A DNA stretch of 39,035 bases. It comes from Klebsormidium nitens (taxonomy: Eukaryota; Plantae; Klebsormidiophyceae). The stretch covers positions 1 to 39,035 of the forward strand of contig DF237682.1 in NCBI GenBank assembly GCA_000708835.1, read 5' to 3'. A program made the position numbers and the translations under genes. The notes beneath the pieces were generated by a model that saw nothing but the letters and a program-made list of their open reading frames with translations, did no database searches and was not told where the DNA came from. Below are positions 1 to 9,800 of this stretch, in pieces; position 1 is the stretch's first letter, and each line of letters begins with the position of its first letter.

Positions 1-147
1 ATCGAATAATCATATAGACTGACATGTATATATGTAACGCATGTAACGCTTTCGACAAATTGCATCGAAGCTGTCTCGCGATGGTTCACGACAGGCAAGA
101 ACATAAGAATTCGACGTGTCCACGACATCCCTTTTAGGAGTTGAGTT

Positions 148-507
148 CCGAAAAACTGACGTTCCTGCCAGGACTCGAACCCTGGACCTCGGGGCTCGAG
201 CCGTCCGACCAAACTCTTTGCCCACTGGGCTAAAAAGAGCGCGTACGTTTACGGAATCTTCCAAATCTATATAATAAAAGTCTTCGGCAGTGTACGGCCG
301 TAAATCCTGGAACCGATATCGACGACCGTCATCCCTTACACGTGGCAGATTCCTTTGTTCTTGCCCTGTCGCAATCGCACGAGAGCAGTTTCAAAGTTCG
401 ACGCGGTTCGGTACGCTTAGTCGATATTCTGCGCTCGTCATCTAGAGTCAGCTCCGAAGATATCTACACTTCCGTTTTTTTTCGATCCGTCGCTTTCAAA
501 CCCCAGT
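148..507 (-). repeat. Left copy of ~360-bp repeat, inverted relative to 38678-39032; contains a tRNA-like Pol III unit
   Basis: Manual alignment: the reverse complement of 148-507 matches 38678-39032 with about 12 substitutions and 2 indels (11 extra nt at ~247-257; 6 nt missing in the anticodon-like loop). Confidence 0.95.
160..240 (-). pseudogene. Degenerate tRNA-like (tRNA-Arg-derived) sequence with the anticodon loop deleted
   Basis: The minus strand has an A box (TAGCCCAGTGG), a B box (GGTTCGAGTCC) inside a CCAGG/CCTGG T-arm, an upstream TTTTATTATATA and a downstream TTTTT (151-155) Pol III terminator. The acceptor stem pairs poorly. Confidence 0.7.
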
Positions 508-636
508 AGGTAATTCGAGTGCGGCGATTGCACTCCCAGCAGTCACTTTGGGATATGCCAGTCAGGATACCCCCGTGACCGTCAGAATCTCAGTTCAAAG
601 TTGGTATTTATAATACCTACCGTACCTAGTCCTAGG

Positions 637-739
637 TGATTCCCGACTGCCTCGATGATTGGATCAGCAGTCGGTCCTGAAGCCTGAAGGATATCCTGTG
701 AGCTGATTCCCGACTGCCTCGGTGATTGGATCAGCAGTC
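637..739 (+). repeat. Two-copy tandem duplication (36-bp core, ~67-bp period)
   Basis: TGATTCCCGACTGCCTCG(A/G)TGATTGGATCAGCAGTC at 637-672 and 704-739 (1 mismatch). Each copy is followed by CCTGAAGGATA, and TCCTGTGAG recurs after the MITE. Confidence 0.95.
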
Positions 740-749
740 CTGAAGGATA

Positions 750-1038
750 CCGTAGTCCAAGGTAATAATCCGAATAAATAAATAATTATTTGCATTCGGA
801 AAGTCACAAATTCAGGTTTCCCGTTCGGAACGTAGAAATTCGGAAAGGTTAAATATTTCTAAATTGGGCCTCGGAAGGCAAAAATCTGCCCAAATCTGCC
901 CTAAAATGCGTCTTCAAGTATGAACATAGGGCATTCGGATTCTGGTCGGAATCGGCATAATCAATTCCGCATTCCTGGTCGGATTGTTGGAAAATATTAC
1001 TTGGAAACTCCGTTCGGAATGATCACGTTGGACTACGG
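750..1038. mobile_element. Non-autonomous Tc1/mariner-type MITE (289 bp) with TA target-site duplication
   Basis: TIRs CCGTAGTCCAA.../...TTGGACTACGG extend imperfectly to ~25 bp. TA lies on both sides (748-749, 1039-1040). The empty site GAAGGA-TA-TCCTGTGAG is preserved in the upstream tandem copy (686-702). TCGGA motifs repeat internally. Confidence 0.9.
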
Positions 1039-1794
1039 TATCCTGTGAGTGACGCAGATAACAGTTAGTCGCTAGCGGCCCGCGCGGGCCGCGCCCCGGA
1101 ATGTGAAGTAGATCGCCGGATTTCTCGGATGTTGTCGCCTTTGACGCCCCAGATTTGATCACAAGGACGCAGCCAATCACAATCGAAAATTTTGTCGCAT
1201 CTGAGTGCGGAGTTTGGCGCCCAAACTGGTTTGTCCGCTTGTCGAAAGTACGATTTAATAGTAGGTACAACGTTGAACGTAGGTACCTAGCAGCGAGCGC
1301 CGGTACTGTACCTTCGTAGTACCTAGCTGTGTGCATTTAACCCGCATGGGTTGAGAATCGACGGTCGATTGCACCCGTGCCCGGGGCACGGGTGGGCACT
1401 GGGGTTGGAGGTTTATCAATACGGTAGGATTTGGTCTGGCTGTTTGACGGGTTTAGCTTGTTTCTCAGGCTAGGTGATAGGTGGCTCTGAGTCCTCCCGG
1501 TTCCGATCATGTTGTAACTTGTATCTTGAAACCAAAAATTACCGGTATGACCTTACTCGTACCTACCGGTCACCGTTCATGGGCCATGCCCACAGTGGCC
1601 CGGGCACGGCCGAACCGCCGAAGGGAGGTCCGCGTACAGTTCGCATCTGGTCACTGGTGGTTGTACTCGCCGCGCGCTCACTCCGCAATGAAAGTTGTCC
1701 GATACGGTACGCACCGCGGTTTTCGGCAACGCCCCCGGGCCAGTCACGTACTGTGGCAAGTTGCAACACACGAGGTAGGAACCTGGGGTAACCT

Positions 1795-1862
1795 GGCCCC
1801 TGAGCCAATGGTAATACTCGGCTCGCGAGTCGCAGTGCTGGGATTCGATCCCTGGGAAGTCC
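1795..1862 (+). other. Possible second, highly degenerate tRNA-like/SINE-head sequence
   Basis: A-box-like TGAGCCAATGG (1801-1811), a CGGC-TCGCGA-GTCG stem-loop and B-box-like GGATTCGATCCC (1841-1852) at tRNA-like spacing. Stems are imperfect. Confidence 0.3.
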
Positions 1863-2028
1863 GAAGTTTCAGGGAAATGTCCCGCGAGCTGGGAACTTCA
1901 GGGAATCAGGATCGTTGGTACCGGACCTATTGTACCGTACTAGCTAGGTAGGTACCGTGATACGGTAGGTACCTACGGTCCCCGTACCGCCTAAGGTAAA
2001 TCGCCTTGATTTTAATATTTTGGGTGTG

Positions 2029-2210
2029 GGTGCGAACAGTTAGCAAGCAATAGGACCCTAACTGCGAAAAGCGAAACCAAAGAATATTACCTCAAAAAGT
2101 GTTTTGCAAGCTAGGCAAAAAAAGCGAAAATCTGCTTTGTGCGAAATGTAAAATAAATTCTCAAAGCGTCAGGTGAAACTGCAAAACGAACGAAATTAAC
2201 TTTTCGCACC
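2029..2210. mobile_element. MITE-like remnant with 14-bp terminal inverted repeats
   Basis: GGTGCGAACAGTTA (2029-2042) vs TAACTTTTCGCACC (2197-2210), 13/14 complementary. The interior is A-rich with repeated GCGAAA. No clear TSD. Confidence 0.5.
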
Positions 2211-2777
2211 AAAAGGTGGGACATTCCCTTGGCGGTACGGGTAGTACCGGTAGGCTCAACCCACAGGTAACAGATACGGCAACCTCCAGTACCAGTACAA
2301 TGTGCATGTACCTTCAGAGCACCATTCGGTGATAGGTACCTAGGTACCTAGCTAGCTACGGTATTTGCTGACGTGGGTACCTACTGGTAACTACCGTCGC
2401 CTGGTCCGCCGTCGGTACAGAATCAACACTGACAACGGCAGACCGCGGCACTTTGGTACCTACCTACGGGTAACCTAGTAAAACCCACGTAGCTACCGGT
2501 ACCTAGGTAGAGTCGATGTCAACATGCATATGGATCTACGGTAGGTAGAAGACCTTCGCATAAAGGTGCCTGTGCGCCTGTTCAAAATGTCAGACTGCTC
2601 ACTGCTGGCACCAGTACTGCTGAGTGCAGTGCTCAAATGCGAGGACGATCACTTCGTCTGTTCCAACTTCAAGTTCAATGCGCTCGTCGCCTGAGAGGTA
2701 TTTAGCCTGGCTTCGCGCCCCATCTCCGCATTACCTAGTTCTTCTCCGCGAAAGAGTATTTTGTTGCTCTGTCCACT

Positions 2778-4901
2778 ATGGCTTCCAAGCTCCAGATCGC
2801 TGCCCTCCTGGCCCTCTGCCTGGTGTCTGCTGTTGCTGCCAGGGACAGCATCTTCGTCGAGTCCGAGGCCGCTCACACCGAGCCTGTTGCCACATATAAT
2901 GAGCAGCTGCACAAGTTTGAGTTTTTCAACAAAACCGTGGAGGCGCCCCGCAGGAAGGCGATGGGCCTCGGCGACAGCATACCCGTCACTGTCACTTTCT
3001 ACAATTCGCCCGGCATGGACTGCACGACTGGTGAGGCTCTGCTCCAGCCTAGTGCTGCCTCAAATCGTTCTGGGATCTGCTCAGATCTATGTGCTGCACA
3101 CATTGCTCTTCAATCTGGACTCCTGTGCAAGAGGCGATTCTAACTCGAAGAGTCCAACTCAGCATAGAATTCATTGCAATGTGGAACTTAGCAACAATAG
3201 TCCGATCTAGTATGGGTACTGTCTCTGCAAGGATATAAGAGGCTTGCTCACAGTTGCCTCATTGATATTTGAGAGCTGCTCAGAGGAGCTTTGATGCTCC
3301 AATCTGAGCTTTAATAGCTGCTCCTATTGCGCTGTCATCGAATCGCATTGATTGAACTTTGTTGAGTACCTTTCTTGGCTGCTAATATATGCTTGAACAG
3401 TCTACCAATGTAGATTCTTTGTATGGCAGAGCACAAGAAAGCATTGTGCCATTCTGTCCCGAGTTTGGACACAGATGGAGGCCCCAGCTCTTGACAAGAA
3501 GGCTATCAGATTGGACCGCAGGATCCTGCAGGCATTCATTAGTGCTAGATGGATGTGATTCCAGGAACTGATTGGCGCACTCAGGCTCATTCATCTGCAT
3601 AAATGTACTTTCATTCTGGAAGAGTAACTAACCTGAAATCATTGTTTTTTTGCCAGGAAACGGGCAGTGCGGATACGGTAATGACGTTGGTGGCACTGCA
3701 TACGGTGGCGGCGGCCCCTTCGTTGAGACCTCTCTCTGTAAGTGACATGGCACTTTGCAAGCTTGGTCAGCTTGGTTGTTCAGCTCAGTTCTTGGCATTC
3801 ATCCAAAGTAAGGTGCTCCTGAGTATGGTGTGGCCCTGTGTGCCACATGGGCCTCAGTGCCCCACAGATCTGCTAGCATTCTGAGCATGAATCCGCGCAC
3901 AATCCAAAATACTGCAGAAAACACCAGTCCTGTGCACTCGATTTGTTCAGGGCTACTGCTTGCTCCCTTGACATCCCCAGCCCCAATGGCTGATCTGTCC
4001 TCTTTGGTTTTTGCAGACCCCTATCACGCTGCCTCTGGCAACTACGGCTTCATGGGTGGCTGCGGCGCATGTGGCGTGCTGACCTACAATGGCAAGGCCC
4101 GCGGCTTTGTCATCACTGACATCACCGACGACGACTCTCAGCAGGGCAGGAATCATCACCTTGACCTGTGCCTGCCTTCCTTCAACTATTTCACTGACGG
4201 CCGGGCAGGGGATGGCGGTCACGGAGGCATCTTCTCTGGGACCTGGACCAGGGTGGACTGCGGTTGCATGGGCGCACCCAGTGAGTTGCTGCTGTACCCT
4301 TGGATGCTCGGCCCCCATGTGACCTGGCACACCAGCAAGATGCTTTCTCTTCTGGTCTTAGGGTCTGCAAGAACCTTGTGCCTGATCATCCCGTGAATGT
4401 GCCTTGATTGCTGTTTGGATCTGGATCCAGCATCATAAGGGCATTCAAACTTGCACTGTCCCATCTCTTACAGCCTGCAAAGAGTAGACCTGACATTCTT
4501 CTGCAACATTCTTCTGCAACATTCTTCTTGATGCGACATAAGGTGCTGACAGCATATCCTGCTGTGCAGACTACCCCGACAACGCCATTGTTGTCCGCAC
4601 CCAGGAGTACAACGAGTGGGCCAAGGCAGTCGTCATCTCCCGCATGGGAGGTGTTGGCGAGATTGCTGGGGTCAATTTCATAACTCGCAACGGTGGCTTT
4701 GTCAGAGGTGCCAGAGTCGAAGGCTGGGGTACCTGGTGGATGCCCACTGAAAGCATCAGCGGCAAAGGCGGCGTCGACCTGCAGATCACCCTCACTGATG
4801 GCAACACCCTGACCACCACTGGCTATCCCCTCCCTGACGCGAGAGTGTGGAGGACGGGCAACATCTACAACGTGTTCAACAACCTCCCGAAAACCTGCTA
4901 A
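2778..4901 (+). CDS. Secreted expansin-like protein (signal peptide, DPBB domain, CBM63-like domain), ~309 aa, 4 exons
   Basis: Exons 2778-3030, 3657-3737, 4017-4280 and 4570-4901 join in phase with GT-AG introns (930 nt). Motifs: hydrophobic signal peptide, TFY, GQCGYG, GGCGAC, ITD, HHLDL, then a domain-2-like region (RMGGVGEIAGV...WGTWW...ITLTDG...W..G..Y). Confidence 0.88.
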
Positions 4902-6846
4902 CCGGAAAATGGCCCATCCCTGCAGTCGTGGGGGCAGCCTTGTGCGCATTTGTGCATTCTCTAATGGAGATCCTCCAGCAGGAATTTAGTTAGGGCTTGA
5001 GGGTTGTGTAGACTAGCTTATTCTTTGTGTGTTGCCCGTTCCAGCCTGTGTTATCCACGGCTGTCAAGGGTGCAAAAACATGGGCAGCAGCAGGGCAGGT
5101 GAATGCTTAAGCAGCCAGTACAGCGCCCGTCTCAAACAGTGAGGTAGCACCACTTCCCCTCTGCAGCTGCGGAGGTCGGCACAAGTGGATAGGTATACTG
5201 CCGCAGATTGAGTGACCAGTCGGTCGACCTCGTTAGGCAACAGCTTGCCTAATTGTAGTTTAAATTATGCAGCCTGCCAGAGTCTGTAGCAGGCTAGATT
5301 CCAAAAGTGAGTTGACACTCGTATTTGTAGACTTCGAAGAATGCACGAATCCATTGTGGTCTAAACATCAAGGACTAACAGAGTAACAGCCAGGTCCCTT
5401 GAATAAGCCCTCAAATTGTAGTGTGGAGAGACGAGGCTTCCAGAAAGGTGATTCGTTAGACAGCCAGGAGAGAGACAGAAGTTTCATCCTTACGCTGAAA
5501 CAAACATCTTGAGACGTGGAGCTTATATTGAACATGATGCAGCCGCATCAGCATTCGCTTCATTAAGCGGAAATTGTCCCAACATGCCAAACTATCGTGC
5601 AAAAGTCACGACATCACAACCTATTACACTTCTTGATGCAAAAGCACTTGTCAACACTTGTCGTGTGACATGATGGAACGGGGCCTTGCACCTCACCTTC
5701 AAACTGAACGTCTGTATTGAAGTTCGTAACACTTGTTATGAAATTACTCATGCTGTAAGCCTCAAATGCTTCTGTGGTGAAGCAGATGGTCCGCCGCCCA
5801 ACATCATGGTTAAAGAAACTCACGTGTTCATGCATGGCAGTATATGCAGGCACGCCTCAAAGCTCTAGAACAACTTCTGGTCACATGTTACTTCCCGGTT
5901 CCGGAAGTATCTGTCACCATGACTCGGACGCAGCCACGTCATTACCGACAACGATAGCTACTGGCATCAAATCGCCGATTTGTAGATTTGAGGTTGGATT
6001 GAGAGTGATTTGCATGCCATCTAGCTAGTACGACATTGGACATGACTTGCAGCCGTAGCAAGCTGCAGAGTCAACTCATTGTACCGTCCCGGTCTCACCG
6101 GCAGACTTTGCCCGATGGCTCTATGTGGCTCAGGGCGTTAATAAACCGTAAGTTACCATCAAATCGCCGATCCCGCCTTTGTCAGGTCACTATCTGAGAT
6201 TATCGCGGTATTTTCATCGTACATATACAAATCGCAAACAACTACTTGAACATATACGGCTCAGCTCCCGGCCATGTGTAAAAGGTTTGGCATGCATGGT
6301 GTTTCAAAAGCTAACGGGCATATGTACTGCACAATGATCCGCGAAGTTAAAGAATTATGAGAAGTTACCATCTGCGAAGCTGCAATAAAAATTTCATTCA
6401 CTGAGTCAGCGCGAGCCCATGCACCGCCACATGGGGGTGGCCCCACGATATACCTGTATATGGCGTTCTTTGCGTGCATGAGTCCACAGTTCACATTGCA
6501 GACCTCCGAGTTTCAGTGCTTGTAGTACAAGCTGCATGAAGATGCGGCATTAATCCCCTCGATGACGAGGCGCAACATCTGATGCCCTTCACCCGCCAGG
6601 CTGCCTCTGATGCATTCGGTTTGATTGGGTTGACGAAGCCTTTGTGTTGACTCTAGCTCAAACTCGAGCACGGTAATCAATAAGGAGCCAACATCATCTG
6701 TCTGATTCAATGAGAGGGTAAAGTTGCCCTAGATCGGGGGATACGTGCACTGCAAATAGCAAAAGTTGCATCTCCCAACCCACCAAGAGTAACTACGATG
6801 ATCCCTCTACTCATCCAATTGGCAGGGGCTAGAGTTGCTAAAGGCG

Positions 6847-9800
6847 CTAAACGCCCTTCATCGGTTTCGTTGGATCCCACGGCTTGATCTCTGAGACGGG
6901 CGCCATAACCCGCCCATACTCATCCCCCTCGTCTTCATCGTAAAAGTTGACTGTCCCCCGACAGCTCGGCGCCCCGCAGTTGCACGTCAGAATCTCGTCT
7001 TTCGAATTGAACCTGCAGCAGATCACCGCGTTCAGACTCACCCCCATGGAATACACATGTACGTGCTGAGGGGAGCTCAACAAAGATAGCTTGACAGGCC
7101 GCTTCTCCTGTTCATTCGCTCTGTATGGTGTGGAGTGCATCCGCAAGGCCGGTGACCAGAAGGGCCCCCTGATCGACATGTGTCTCAATCAATTGATCAA
7201 GGCGGTTGCACCGCAAAGGGCCAGTCGTTCAAGAATGCATCTCAGACCCGTCAAAAAAAAAGAATGGAAGGAGAGATACGCACAGACACCATTTTACCAC
7301 CACTTGCGTGCAACCCCTCTCATGATTGCCTGCTGAAAATCTCAATTCAAGAGGCCAGTCTGACAGTGACGCAAAAAGGTCAAAGCACTGCACTTGGAAA
7401 TTGTTAACAGGCCGTTGTCAGCTGTGTGTTTGGACTCCCACGAGTGTCACGACTGGCACAAACATTCCATCTCTGATGAGCTCACGCGCAATGCAGCGGC
7501 CGCCGCGTGGCGTTCTGAAAGGATATCGACGGCTCACTTCTTCCCGGACGGTGGCGGCCGCGGTTGGTTAGAAAAAGGTCAGAACCCGGGGTAAGGGTAG
7601 GGTTAGGTTGGTGGTTTCTAATGTGTAGGGGTGCCAAGCGCGTAAACTCGCCGGGTTAGGTCTTTGTTCTGTCCTTCCCCGGGGACTCTTTGCTTTCCCG
7701 ACGGTTTAAGCCTCGACCTGGCTACCCTAACCATAGCCGCCCATGTACCGGGAACCCAAAATAGTATCGAAGGGTAGCATTTATGGCTGTCAGACCGCCC
7801 GGACTGCCGGGTCATCTGTCAAAAAAATCGAGGTAGAGAACGACGGCCTTGGTACATTGGCCTATTAACACTTTCCAAGTGCAGTGCTATGTACTACTTG
7901 CGACAGTGACACGAGTGCGAAAGCGCGGAAGCGCTGGAAAAGCTGCACACCCACCGGTAGTCGTAGGTGAACTCCTCCCCCGGGAGGATGTCCCGCTTGG
8001 CGGTGATGACGATGTGCTCGTCGCCGTCCGCGCGCACGACGCGCGAGAAGCAGTTGGGCTCGCACGCGTGGTTGATCAGGTGCGCGAGCGACCCCGCCTT
8101 GGTCGCGTCCACCACGCGCTGGTCGTCGATGCGGAACATGTACGTGCCCGCGCCCTGGGGGACGTACACGTGTCAGCAATCTGTTCGTCCATCTTTCGCT
8201 AAGACTTCCCTGCTGCTGTCTCGGGTGGCCCGCTGTTACTCCGTTCCTTGATGCGATCGGCACCATTACGGGTTTCTGGGTCGGGGTGAAATGAGCATTT
8301 CACGGAAGCTCCTTCGAGGAGGCGGCAAGCAGCCAGTCATAAGGCTCGACAAGGGCCGGTGCTTTGAGGGCGGTAGCCTTGTGCAAACAAAGAACTTGGC
8401 TGCCGCCAACGTGGTGGGCTCGCACGCCACCGACCGTTTGGACGTAGGATAGCAGACGGAACGTAAACGGGCTCGCCCCTCCTCTTTCGACCTCCAAAAA
8501 CAAGTTCCTCGTCCATAATACCTCAGCAGAGACGTCGCAAGTCGCGAGTGTTCGTCCACACCTTTCTACGGGGTTTGACAAGGATGGTCTTCAAAACGTT
8601 TTGTTGACATCTCCCAGATATTGCAGACTCTATGTCCGAAAGCTGCAGTTTCTGTGCTTTGGGGACAAAGGTACGCCCGCCTTCTCTGGTTTCAAGCAGC
8701 CCTCGACTTCCGGGACTAGAGCAGAGGGTCGGCAGCAAGGGAAGCTTTCACACGCAGATCGACCCAGATTCTTGCTCTCTGTGCTACCGCACAACGAGCC
8801 GGGTCAAGGATAAAGGCAAGCGCCGCTCACCACGATGGAGTTGTAGAGGTTCTTCTCGCGCGCGTCCGCCACCGCCTGGCGCACGACCTCCCCCGCATAC
8901 TCCGTCACGAAGCTGGCCTGCGCGTGCCGCTGCTTCGCAAACACGCCCCACCCGTGGATCGCGCTCTTGCCGAACGCGAGCCGCTGCCCCTGCGTCGTCT
9001 TCATCATGATGTACCGCTCCGTCGCGCTCTTCGGCCCGTCGCCCAGCAGCCCCGGCCCCGCCTCGAGAGCGTCTCCCGCGGCCGCGAGCCCCGCGCGCGG
9101 CCCCGCGTGCGCTTTTCGCCGGTCGAGGGTTTGGAGGGTTTTGGAGGAGCCGGCGCCGGGGGCCGGCCGCCGGTCGGCGTGACGGCGGCCGGTGATCTCG
9201 TACGGGACTTGGCGCACGAAGAGGCGCTTCGCGAGCGCGGTCGCGACGGCCTCGGGGGCGCGCTGACCGCGGCGGGCGGCGGGGTCGAACGGCTCTGCGG
9301 GACAGTGAATGGTAAGAACTGAGAAGGAACGTCCACTTTCGGAGCTTTCCCTCAAGTGCACCGATAGGGGCAGGCAAACAGCTGTTGTGAAATGAGATGT
9401 GTGAAAAACGACGTCATCCGGGCCAGAAAAAGCAGAAGGAAAAGGAGAACTGTCGTAGGGCCCCCTACCTGTTCTGGCGCACCCTGACGGGTTGGCAGGC
9501 GGCACGTAGTCTTCCGCGCGCACCTTGGACGGCCCCGCCGCGTCCCGCCTCTCCCTAACCAGCACGCGCCCCGCTTTTCCCGCCTCCGGCGGCTTGTGCC
9601 GCGCACACCACGCCAGCAGCCGCAGCGTGTCTTCCTCTTCGTCGTGTTCTTCTTCCTCCCGCTCAGCGGCGCCGGAACACTCTCCCGCCACATCTGGAGC
9701 TTCGGAATCCCCTCTCAGCTTCGCACCTGCCGACGTTGCGTGGTTTTGCGCCTGCGCCGCTCCCCTTTCCGTCCGTCGCTCTCGTTCCGAGTCGGTACCC

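Noticed and set aside
637-739. 36-bp direct repeats with a 31-nt spacer, resembling a CRISPR array
   Set aside because: There are only two copies, the spacer itself partly repeats (CCTGAAGGATA), the context is eukaryotic and no cas genes are present. It is a simple tandem duplication.
5300-6500. ORFs 5614-5853 and 6261-6494 and an intron-like segment on the minus strand
   Set aside because: I could not build an in-phase spliced ORF or recognise a motif. This is likely UTR or intergenic DNA between convergent genes.
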